Of a stretch of DNA of 60,815 bases, positions 50,102-60,815 are shown piece by piece. Numbering within the stretch: position 1 is the first letter of the stretch; each line of letters starts with the position of its first letter. The DNA comes from Eremomyces bilateralis CBS 781.70. Its lineage: Eukaryota. The position numbers and the translations under genes were made by a program. Under the pieces are notes generated by a model. That model saw nothing but the letters and a program-made list of their open reading frames with translations. It made no database searches and was not told the DNA's origin. The stretch lies in assembly GCA_010015585.1 (NCBI GenBank), contig ML975156.1; one strand, 5' to 3'.

Positions 50102-50673
50102 AGGATGGGCAAGGGAAAATGTGATTGCTAGAGGCATAGCTGGCTGGACACACTTATGTCCTTTACGTTCGTGACGAGTTCACTGCAGAAATGCAACTAT
50201 GAAATGACGGTGGACATTCCTTAAGCCATGAAGGGCTGATGGCTGTTTTTGTGACTAGGTATCCCATGTTCTTTCCTGTGGACTTGTAGTATCACGATAG
50301 ATAAGACTACGAGTTTGAATGTAGCCAAAGATTCATGGTGTATCATATCCGGTGACCTAATTTTCCTATCCCCGAAATAGTTGTAAATGCGTCGGCAGCT
50401 TTGTGTTAATCATGTCCAAGTTTAGATCATCACTCCACCATGGCTAAGTGACAGGGGGCTGGATTTGTATCATGAATCTCGCCCTCCAATGCTTCAGCCA
50501 GAGCAGCTCAACTCCTGTGACAAACCACTTTCGCAGCCATGCAATCCCACCAAATTCTCACATCTAATTATCATGATCCGCGCCATCACCTCCTCCCCTC
50601 ATCGTGATCTCGCATGATGCAAAAATAACCTCCAATTCCACAGTATCCCTTACCATTGTTCTACCTATTCAAC

Positions 50674-53083
50674 ATGGCCGACAATACCATTTCTCGGCGT
50701 AACTCGCCTCCTCCAGCACCAAGCCAGCTCTGGTCTCTCTCCGAGCCTCCGTTCGAGGGCTTCAAGCCGGTCGATCACGAAGGCTTCAAGCGAAGCACAC
50801 CGGAAACAGCAATCGTCATTGACAATGGTACGCATATTTAGCATCGCATTATCGCCGCAGTTGCTAACTAAGGACGAAGGATCATATAATGTACGCGCAG
50901 GCTGGTCCTTCGACAAGAAACCACGCTTCACTTCCCCTCCGGTCATGGCCCGATACCGAGACCGGAAGATCAACCGAATGTACACGTTCGTGGGATCGGA
51001 CATATACTCGGACGGCACGGCGCGTGGACAAGCGAAGAACGTGTATGAGCCGGGCAACAATGTTATCAACAACTGGGATGTCATGGAAGGCGTTCTGGAT
51101 TGCGTGTTTAATAAACTGGGAATCGAGGCGGATCCTTCTGGTGGCATCGGACGGCCGATCCTGATGACTGAGCCCGCAGGCAACATGCCTTACTCGCGCA
51201 AGAGTGAGTGAGAACACGCGATTTCTGGCATAACCATACTGACGAGCATTCAAGCTATGACAGAAATCTTATTCGAAGCATATGGCGCGCCGTCCGTTGC
51301 ATACGGCATCGATTCTCTCTTCTCCTACAAATACAATAACGGACGGACTGGTCTCGTTGTTTCCTCATCATATACCTCTACAAACATTATCCCCGTCGTC
51401 AACTCAAAAGCGATGCTCACACAAGCCTCGCGCCTCAACTGGGGCCGCTACCACACCAACGAATGCCTCCTCAAGCTCATGAAGCTCAAATACCCCCCCT
51501 TCCCCGGCAAAATTACTGATCCTCAGTCCGACGATCTGGTGCGCGAGCACTCACGAGTCAGCACCAACTTCGATGACGAGATCACCGCGTTCCTCGACTG
51601 GACGGGTCTTGAGGACCGGGATCGCATCGTACAACACCCATATACCGAGCAAGTGGTGGTGCAGAAGACCGAAGAGGAGCTCGCGCGCGCCGCAGAGAAG
51701 CGCAAAGAGAGTGGTCGACGACTACAGGAGCAGGCGGCGAAGATGCGATTAGAAAAGCTGATCCTCAAGGAGCAAGAGCTCGCGTGGTACAGAAACCTAC
51801 AGGAGAAGCTCGCCAACGCCACCACAAAGAAAGAAACGAAGCGGCTGTTGGATGACGGTGATTTTAATGATGAAGGCCAGTTGGACAAGCGAGTCCGAGA
51901 GCTCGATAAGAACATCCGCAAGGCTAGGAACAAGGATGTTGGCGACGTCGAAGAGGAAGAGGAGATCCCTACATTCCCATTACTGGAGATCGCCGACGAT
52001 CAGCTTGATGAGGATCAACTCAAGCAGAAGAAGCAGCAGAGATTGCATAAGAACAATTATGACGCTCGGATGCGAGCAAAGGTGGAGAAGGAGAAGGAAC
52101 GCGCGCGAATCGCCGAAGACGAGCGGATCGACTCCGAAAGGCGAGAAACAGACCTGGAGGGCTGGATCGAAGAGAAACGAGCCGCTCGCGAAGTCCTCGT
52201 TGCGAGGGCCCGTGAGCGCGAGCGACTGAAAGCCGAGCTCGGCAACCGCAAGTCAATGGCAAATCAAATGCGCATGAAAACCATTGCGAATCTCGCCTCG
52301 GACACCCCGATAGGCAAAAAGCGACGTCGTGGTGGTGGCGCCGACGATGACGATTTCGGTGCCGATGATGCGGATTGGGGCGTTTATCGACAAGTCGCGA
52401 CCGGCGAGGATGCGTCCGACGACGAAGAGGAGGATCTGGGTGGCACGCTGAAAAAGATCGAGGCGCAACTGCTCGAGCATGATCCGAACTTCACGGAGGA
52501 GAGTACGCGGGAGGCGCAGACGGATTGGACGAAGAGCTTGCTGCATGCTTTCTGGAGGGGACCGTGGCCGTTTGATCCCGAGCTCCCGCGCGAGACGCAT
52601 CAACTCCATCTCAACGTCGAGCGAATCCGCATTCCGGAAGTGGTGTTCCAACCCAACATCGCGGGTGTCGACCAAGCCGGATTACTGGAGGTCATGGGCA
52701 TGATTCTCAACGAGCGGCTCGCGGATGACCCACACAAGGCGGATATGCTGAAGGACATCTTCCTGACGGGCGGAAATACCATGTTCACCGGCTTCGACGA
52801 GCGCGTGCGGAATGAGCTGAGGGCATTGCTCCCTGTCAATGCAGAGTTGAGCGTCCGCAGAGCTGGGGAACCTTGCTTGGATGCCTGGAAGGGTGCGGCA
52901 CGATGGGCAGGGGAACAGAAAAACAAGAATGCGTTTATGACCAAGGCGGAATGGAGTGAAAAGGGCGGGGATTATCTCAAGGTACTATATTCTCCCCTCT
53001 TTTCTTTGACTTCTTTCTCCTCTTTGAGTTGTGCCGGTCTAACAATGTCACAGGAGCATGACAGCGGGAACATCTGGCTCTGA
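50674..53083 (+). CDS. ARP5: Actin-related protein 5 (INO80 complex)
   Basis: AIVIDNGS..RAGW, PILMTEP, MTEILFEAYGAPSVAYGIDSLFSY, KESGRRLQEQAAKMRLEKL insertion, DDFGADDADWGVY, QLHLNVERIRIPEVVFQP; 3 introns. Confidence 0.97.
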
Positions 53084-54775
53084 AACTGACTGCGGTGATA
53101 CCATCAAAATCGATCTCGACACTGGAGAAGCGGTCTCATGTAACGAGGAAGCGGACTTTAGACGTTCCAATATACCACGTACAACCCGTGCGAGCAACTT
53201 ACTACCGTAGTTGCTACACTTCAAGTCGTGTTGGGCACTCAGGTTGCATCAGCCACAGGCTGCTGCCTCAGTCTTCCGGCAAGGCAAGATATCTCGAAGG
53301 CCTGGAATCAAGAGACGACATAACGTCTCATAGACCCTTAAGCCTAGACGATGCCGCCTGTGGGCACTACGTATACCGCATATGTAACACTACAAAGCCA
53401 ATCTTATTTGTCTAAATGGTGAAAGCCACGTGAGATGCTGCAGCTGGGCCCGCGAATGAGGATTTCGAGTTCTTTCTGCGTCAAGTAAGGTGGACAGCAA
53501 TCCGTAATCAATGACATCCGATTCGAGGAAGTTGGCTTGACAATGTGAGAAATAGGGCACACCTGGTGCTTGTATGGTTAAGCATTCCGTTGCCCACTAC
53601 TTTGACGAGACAACAACCGTCTCATTCGTATTCCACTCAAACCCTCTTCGTGCCAAGTCCAGATACTTCGCAAAACACAGAACGACCGCAATCCAGTCGG
53701 TATAAATTTACTCCAGTTCTATTCTCCAAAAATTTGTTATAAATGGGACCATGATTCGCATCGCCATCAATTCGACATCGGCAAATGAAGCAAATTGGCC
53801 CGTTGTTATCGATAAGCTCCTACCCGCTAAGTCGAACCGCCGTTGGTTCGTCGCGGAGCCAAGCGAGATTAAAATGGCAGCAGACTGCAGAGGACCCATG
53901 AACCGTCCCAGCTCCAATATCATGAAACATCCTTTCGTCACGTAGCCTCATGCTTCAGCCAGTGAGCTAGTCAGCACTGCATCCCTACTAAATTCTTCCT
54001 TGTTGAACCCTCGTGGGTTCCTGCACCAGTTTTCTTGGTGGCGGAGTGGCGGACGTCAGGTTGGTTGGTGGACAGGGGATGTCCACGATGCAGGGCTACG
54101 ACTGGGCCGTCAGTAGCCCTATGCGTCGATCGTGATCCTCTCATTCGAGAACGCCGTAGTCTGGGGACTACGGGCGAGGCCTCGAAATTCCGATGAACCG
54201 GGATGTGGCAGGAGATGATGTGCGAGGATGACGAGGAAACTGTTAAGTGCGAGCCTTGCATCACTCAGAGTTGCATGGCCCTGGGGCGCGGGACTGGTCG
54301 ATGTCGGTCGGATTTCAAGCATTTTGGACTTTGTTCTGGCCATCGTTGCCGAAGGCTGTCAGAAGGATGCAGGGTTCGGTAATTACTTATCTTGATTTCC
54401 TGGAGGAAGCGTTCTTCGTTCCCTTCTTTTGGACCCTCGGACTTCCTCATGTCTACGCTTCGGTGACCGTCCTATTTTCCTTCTGCATCATTTTCAACTC
54501 TTCACCGTACCTTATGTGCCTAAGACCAATGGTACATCTTTTCATTTCTCACTATCCTTAACCACCTGTGGCTGCGCCTCGTTGGCCCTGAAATAGTTTC
54601 CAGGCCGTCCGCTCCTTACTCGCTTTGCGAAAAGTGTCATCGGATCACATATCTTCATTTTTCCCTTGCTTCCTTTTGGAGTATCAACGGCCTTTTATTT
54701 TATGCCCATAAACGCGACCCGTATTTTATTTGTTTCGCCCACTAGAATCGGAGGGATGCTCCAGTGATCAGCAGA

Positions 54776-57700
54776 ATGGCACGGATGCTGGGACGATCGA
54801 AATCCTTCCGACACATCAAAAAGGACATATCACAGCCACTCCTGATTGCATCCGATGCAGTATCCCGAGACGATTTGATAGATGTCCGTAGAGACCTTGC
54901 CCCACCTCGAACTCCCTCTCCACTACGGCCGAAAACGTCAAATGGAATCACCAGAAGCAATACGACGGCCTTGTCGGGGTTGAAACCGCCTCCACATTCT
55001 CAGAGTAGACCCCTGAAAATCAAGACGGAGAGTCGAGTTTACGATTTCCCGACGCCTGGGACAGGAACCGCCGTTTATAATGTCCCACCACCAAATATGA
55101 TCGACCTGACTCCCGAGATCGAGCCCCATCCAGGTCGCAAAGTACCGATTGGTGTTGCGCTGGGCAGTCCAACAGATGCTCCGGATTGGAGAAGCGGGAT
55201 GAAAGAGAATGGTAATCTGGGTATAAACAGGTTGGACCGTCCCCGTTCAATATCAGCCCCATCGCCGTCGCGGGAGTACTTTCCTCAGGATGCATATAAC
55301 TTCCAAGCGCCAGGAGCGCATGGCAGTTACTCGACAGCTGGCACTCACGACGACGAGCCGGCAATTGGCCACGGCATCAAGACAGTCATTGAGGCGGACC
55401 AACCGAAGCCAAAGTTGAGTCGGTGGAAGAGTATAGGAGGGCTATTTGCGAAAAGGCCCAACCATACGCCTAACCATACGCCGCGCACAATGTACATGTT
55501 GGATGAACCAGTGGCTCCATCTAAGAAGAGAGCAGTGAATACCCAGATGCCTGGTAAAGGTTTACCGAACGATTCTTTACGAAAGCCAACCGAAACGATG
55601 ACGCCCAAAGAGCCAAAGTCGCCATGGCGGAGCCGGTCAGTCAAGAGAGGCAAGCCGGGTCCAGCACGGAATCAGACCCACCCGACTCCTACCGACATGT
55701 CTTTTTTGACGCAGCCCGCTGGAGTTGATGGCCGGCTCCTAGACGTCTCTATTCCGAAGTGTGAGATGGAACGGTACAGTGTCATGTTTAACCATGTCTT
55801 GGGCAAGCCAGCGGCAAACGAAACGGAGCCTCCCCTTCCTGCAAGCAGTTCACTTTTGGCAAGACGGAACCAGGCCAATGTGGAACAGCTGAAGCCCGCC
55901 AGCGGTGGAGAGTTGGAGGTAACTTTCATGACAATGGTTGCTCAATCCAGGCTTGACTAACAATCAATTAATTAGCCCATCAATATTTCGCCCAGCGCAG
56001 TACGCCCACGCCGTGCTGCCACTTCCCCGTCATCCCAGCCACAAGGCTACACATTGTTCCCTACGACTCCGGGGGACAAAATAAGAGGACCGTCTGGGTT
56101 ACAGCGCTCAGCTACTACGCCAGCGCCCAGGCCTTCGAAACACCAGGAGAGCGAGATTACAGAAACCCCGATTACCAAATCTAAAGCTCAACCTCGCTCG
56201 AAGGTACCTCCACCTAGATTTCCTATGGATGTCCCGGCCAAAGCGTCGCCTCCCACTCCGCAGTTCGCTTTTGATCCTGCAGAAGACATTCTTTGGACAC
56301 CGCCGGACAGTTTCCTCTCATCGTCAAGACTAGCTACATCCGGTGGCCCACCAGTACCTAGCAGTCCTGCCACTGGCTCGACATATACAGATGCTGAGAC
56401 AGAGTATGAATACGAATATGTGTTCGAAGGACCAGGTGCTACCGCCGGAGATGCCGAGACATCAAAGGGCGCCATGGACCACACAACGAAACAATGGAAA
56501 GACAAAATCGAAGAAGAGGAGCCACAGTGGGAAATGATGACGACGCTAGGGAAGGATATCGCGGTTAGGAAGCCGGACCGCAACGCGCAGATAGTCCCCG
56601 TGGTCCCAACACTCCCTGAAGCCGAGACGCACACCGAGACAATCATGGAAGAGGACAGATCGAGCTCGATGTCCAGTCCCACCGAAGCGGATATTTTTCA
56701 GGCTCTTTCCACAGCTGCATTGCCCTCGCCGCCACCTTTAGCGGCCCCTGCGCCGCTTAACATTGTCAATAAGACCGTGCCGATCTCGCCAATACACACG
56801 AGAGCGCCACCATCTCCTCAGGAACTTCCTACATCTCGATATATGGACTCGATGCGAATATCAAAGGCCCCGTCGCCTCCTCCTGAGGCCGACACGATGT
56901 ATCGCGCACCTCAACCGCCGCCTACGCGTCTCCCTCCATCTCCTCCACAGGAGACATATCCTCCTGCACCGGCTGTGCTAGCATCTTCCGAGAACCCAGC
57001 TGAGGCTGCGAATATGAAATCGGCACCACAGGATGCACATGAAGATTCTCAAACTCGCCCCAACATGCTTCCGGTCCCTCGCGTCATCCGCACTCTTGCC
57101 ACTGGCACGATGACAGCATCCCCCTCCGGCACTGCACCAAGCGAAAAATCGAAAAAACAGTATGAGCGGGTCAAGAGCATTGTTTTGCCGCTGCAAGGAA
57201 CCTCCAGGATGTACACCCATGCCACACAATCTCAAGCGCTCAGCTCCAACCCACTAACTACGGAGTCGGTTCAGGCGAGGACCATTCGAGTCGTCTCTCC
57301 AGGCTCGCAGCGAAAGGGTTCGGATGGTTTCGTTCAGCCCTCGCTCACTCAGGACGCCACTAGCAAACCAACCATTCATCCTCCAAGGACCAGCAGTCGA
57401 ATGGCAAAGCCTCTGTCGATGATAAATAAATATATGCAGGACACGCACGAGGATGCCATCTTTGAATCCGACCACGAGCAATCCGCCGACGCCGCGTCCA
57501 ACGCCTCCTCCGACGAATCCGAAGATTTCATCCTCCCCTTACAAGCCCCCGAACCTGCCCCTGCCACCGTCGGAATTGCTCGTCAGCTAAGCCTTACCCG
57601 GGCTCGGAGCACGTCAAGGCGGTATGGGCCAGGCGCACGTTCAAACGCTGCCGGGAACCACGCGAAGAACAATGCGTCTAATACACAGGCGGCAGCAAAT

Positions 57701-57883
57701 CCGGCGAAGATGGTTGCGGGACCGGGGATCGTGAGTGTGCAGATGCGGCAGATTAAGAGGCGGGATCCGGCGAAGGAGAAACCAGAGGAGAGGAGGGGGG
57801 AGCATGTGGCGTTGACGCCGACGTTGGTGGATGTGTCAGCGGCGAGGAAGAGCGTCAGAGGAGTTGTAGAAGGAGTAAGTTAG
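54776..57883 (+). CDS. Large Pro/Ser-rich, probably disordered hypothetical protein
   Basis: Two long ORFs joined in frame by intron 55919-55975; short motifs IGVALGSP, SRWKSIGGLF, LLDVSIPKCEMERYSVMF. Confidence 0.8.
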
Positions 57884-58241
57884 ATGCGTGAGGGTTATCT
57901 CATTTTCTTGTGAATGGTTGGTTCGGGTCATATTTCGCCGTCAGGGATTTTTCAGCGCGGTGTCTGGCATCGAGACTCCCCGAGCATGGACTCGGCTGGC
58001 AGTCAGGAATCGGGGGAATTTGTTGCATTCGATATCCGTCACTGGGATGACGAAGAGAGAATTTAGAAATTCAAATCATTATTCAATGCCTTGTCCGAGA
58101 TGGCACCAATACCATGCAGTGATACCTAGTTCCCGTTGACCATTCCAAGTCGGGTATATCATGATCATAATGCAGCCCCCATGATGTCCTAAACGCCCTA
58201 ACCAGTGCCCCCAATTCAGGGCTCAGTCTCGACGGTCTTCC

Positions 58242-58637
58242 TTATGCTGGATCCTGTAAATCTTGGGTGGCTAGCACAAGTCAGCAATCTACCACATGGA
58301 AACCCAGAAACATGAAGCAGGGTTGTAGATTAATCGCCGAACATGCCTTCCAGATGAAAGAGGACATTGCTTTGATAGTTCTTGAACATCTGGGCAACGA
58401 GCTCAACATTCATGTTCTGCAGGTTTATCTCTTGGAGAGATTTGTTCAAAGCAAGAACGGCTTCATTTAGCTTCTCCTGTAAGAAATGAGCAATTGGAGT
58501 AGGAGCCGGACCAGTTCCAGGCCTACCACATTGGTGATGACACGCGAAAGGAGCAGCGACTGCTGGTGCTCGTGTGGGCTTTCCTGGCCATGCGTTAGTA
58601 TAATATTTAAAGAGAAATATTGAATATGATCTACCAT
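58242..58637 (-). CDS. DAD4: DASH/Dam1 kinetochore complex subunit Dad4 (72 aa)
   Basis: Exons 58637-58635 (ATG only), 58583-58527, 58476-58347, 58270-58242: [72 protein letters not shown]. Not in the ORF track. Confidence 0.95.
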
Positions 58638-58760
58638 TCTTAACAGCTTAAGGAAAATAGCGGATTTGACAGCAATGAATAGTTCTGTTGGAGATTATCC
58701 GAGACGGAACACCTTTTCGTCCTCCTTTTGTTTATCACCACGACAGCACCTCCTTATCAC

Positions 58761-58770
58761 GTCACGTGAC
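58761..58770. promoter_or_regulatory. Palindromic E-box GTCACGTGAC (Cbf1-type bHLH site) in the DAD4/IES6 divergent promoter
   Basis: Perfect 10-bp palindrome containing RTCACGTG between the two divergent start codons. Confidence 0.5.
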
Positions 58771-59056
58771 TTCCAGCCTCGGTAAAACATTCCACCGGGC
58801 AAATAACGTCGAACATTAGATTTTGTAAGCCAACCATCAAATTGGGAGCTCAAACCCAACAACGGACTTCAAATGTTCAACCGACGAGGGAAATCCTTCA
58901 TTCCCTCCATCACCTTATCATCCTCCTAATTACGCTATGCTGATGCTTCTTTAATCCCACAATCATCCCAAAACGCCTCTCAACTCTTTACCCACTGAAT
59001 ACGATAACCCTGACAACGAAGACTTCTCGCGAATCAGCTCCGGAAGTCTCGACAGC

Positions 59057-59641
59057 ATGGCTCCCATCACCAAGGAATCCGATGAGACCAACCACCTGGC
59101 CCTCCTCGACAAGCTTGACCTCTACTCTGTCGCCAAGCCCTGGCGAAATCCCAACTATAAACCCCACCCGCGCCGTAACAAAACTCTCAAGCAACTGCTC
59201 GCCGAAGAAGCACGCAAATATGAGATCCCAACCTCCGTCCTTCCTACCCAGAACAATAGCGGCGTGTCTACCCCCATACCAGGCATGACTCCTAGCGGAG
59301 CAACCGGTGCGATGACACCCGTTGGCGGAGCAAGCACCAGCGCCCCTGCGATGAATGGGAACGGAACGGTTGAGAAAGCTGCGCAGAATCTGTCCGGGCT
59401 GGCAATCGATGGGCAGGTGCCGCAACGTCCGCGCGTCACTTGGCAGGGCCTTGAGGCGACCCCGAGCTTGCTTCCGAAGAAGAAGTACTGCGATATCACG
59501 GGGCTGCCGGCATCGTACACCGATCCGAAGTCCGGGTTGAGGTACCACAATAAGGAGGTGTTTCAGTACGTCAGGACGCTGTCTCAGACTCAGGTGGAGC
59601 AATATCTCGAGTTCCGAGGCGCGCACACCGTGTTGAAATGA
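59057..59641 (+). CDS. IES6: INO80 complex subunit Ies6 (YL1-C domain)
   Basis: KPWRNPNYKPHPRRNKTLKQLL..LEATPSLLPKKKYCDITGLPASYTDPKSGLRYHNKEVF..YLEFRGAHTVLK. Confidence 0.95.
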   Translation: MAPITKESDETNHLALLDKLDLYSVAKPWRNPNYKPHPRRNKTLKQLLAEEARKYEIPTSVLPTQNNSGVSTPIPGMTPSGATGAMTPVGGASTSAPAMNGNGTVEKAAQNLSGLAIDGQVPQRPRVTWQGLEATPSLLPKKKYCDITGLPASYTDPKSGLRYHNKEVFQYVRTLSQTQVEQYLEFRGAHTVLK

Positions 59642-60503
59642 ACGGACTTGGGATATTTTGGATATTCACCTTTGGCAGGGTTCTGCCGGCCAATGAGGGG
59701 GAGGTTGGTGCCCAGAGCACTTTGCCTCGTGTGCGAATGGTTAAGATGCATAGCGGAGGATCGAGAAGAAGAAGAACTTGACGAATACCAAACGAAAGTA
59801 TGGCGCCCTTGGGGAGGGCATTATGCTATGGTTCAGGCGCCCTCTATGGAGGATGAGGTCAAGACGAGAAGATGACGGATGAGCCGTCAAGAAGATACGC
59901 GTTACGAGGTGTATGATACCACGATTTGATGCCAGTACCAGGGAATGAATGATGTTCAATCAAATCATGGAATGTGGTTTGATTGGTTCCTATCCCCATC
60001 CCGATTCGTCCCAGATCCCTCGTCATCCCTCCTAGATAGTCCCGAACTTCCTTGTGTACCCCCATGACCATGATGTACCCTCGCCCTGACAGCGACTTTC
60101 GTCGCAACTGGTGTTCAGTTCCCTTGAACTCCGGTATGTGTCAGCAGGCGAAGAGCAAAGCTATATTGAGATCACGATTAAGCCGGAGCGTCTACAGGAC
60201 TTCGTCTCGAGAGAGGCTGGTCCATTGAAGGGGTTTGACTTTGATGGTCGCACATTTAAACAAAATACTGCTCACATACCTTGAGTGATGTTCATGATCT
60301 CCATCTTTTCGGTTTGGCCTTTCGGCTGCGTCTTCTTGACACCTTTGTTCAAGTTTGGGTTGAGTTCGTTCATGACGTTTTGTCTGTCGCAAGCTCGATA
60401 TCTTGCCTTGTTGCCTCAGCAGTTGAGGTAGAGGCATCAAACTACTGATGCGACTGATCTTGATCAGACTGCCCCGAGTCACGAAAACCTGGTCTCTTAG
60501 CTA

Positions 60504-60815
60504 ACGTAATCCACCACCGAGCTAGCCAAACCACCGAGTTAGCCACTTCAATACCACAATTCCAATCATCACCATCTTTTCGCAATGCCTCGACAACAAC
60601 AAGTTGAATTACCTTCAAACGAAGCTAGTATCAATTTAGCTAAAATGGCTATCGAACAAGACCAAATTCGATCAAATCGAGCGGCAGCAGCAACCTACAA
60701 GGTCAGCAAAGATACGCTCCGTAACCGCCGCAATGGAATACTTCCACGAAGCGATTGCGTTCCGAATTCGAAAAAGCTCTCAAATACAGAAGAGAGGGTG
60801 ATTATCGACTATTGC
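60504..60815 (+). mobile_element. Left end of a pogo/Fot1-type (Tc1-mariner superfamily) DNA transposon
   Basis: TA at 60502-60503 followed by ACGTAATC and two copies of CCACCGAG(C/T)TAGCCA, an architecture like Tan1/Vader-type TIRs; transposase ORF follows. Confidence 0.9.
60585..60815 (+). CDS. pogo/Fot1 transposase N-terminus (HTH_psq and start of CENP-B HTH), partial
   Basis: MPRQQQVELPSNEASINLAKMAIEQDQIRSNRAAAATYKVSKDTLRNRRNGILPRSDCVPNSKKLSNTEERVIIDYC; open to the window edge. Confidence 0.9.
   Translation, partial: MPRQQQVELPSNEASINLAKMAIEQDQIRSNRAAAATYKVSKDTLRNRRNGILPRSDCVPNSKKLSNTEERVIIDYC

Noticed and set aside
58988..59626. 212-aa antisense ORF
   Set aside because: Shadow of IES6; no recognisable motifs. 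The same applies to 25619-26329, 19182-19745, 33023-33529 and 50665-51186.

Overview
Intron-rich genomic DNA from a filamentous ascomycete (Pezizomycotina; species not determinable from sequence alone). Conserved genes recognised from motifs and hand-spliced frames: NCA2 (partial), TBP/SPT15, seipin, an Rds1-like ferritin-fold protein, TRM1, a GDS1-like winged-helix protein, a DUF2235 hydrolase, GLN4, ARP5, DAD4 and IES6. Between them lie accessory or decaying segments: an APH-type phosphotransferase pseudogene, a bZIP/DUF3425 TF, an alpha/beta-hydrolase pseudogene, a solo O-methyltransferase, F-box and BTB genes and a HET-domain pseudogene. Mobile DNA comprises a complete 491-bp hAT-type MITE (18-bp TIRs, 8-bp TSD) and the left end of a pogo/Fot1-type transposon. 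Several features are absent from the ORF track: NCA2, DAD4, a 4-exon 6-Cys secreted effector-like gene and the transposase. The most intriguing observations are an aberrant tRNA-like cloverleaf with an extra hairpin in its D-loop, the close linkage of the partner INO80 subunits ARP5 and IES6, the hidden effector candidate, and long open in-frame leaders on TRM1 and the GDS1-like gene. No database searches were run; family calls rest on motif recognition.
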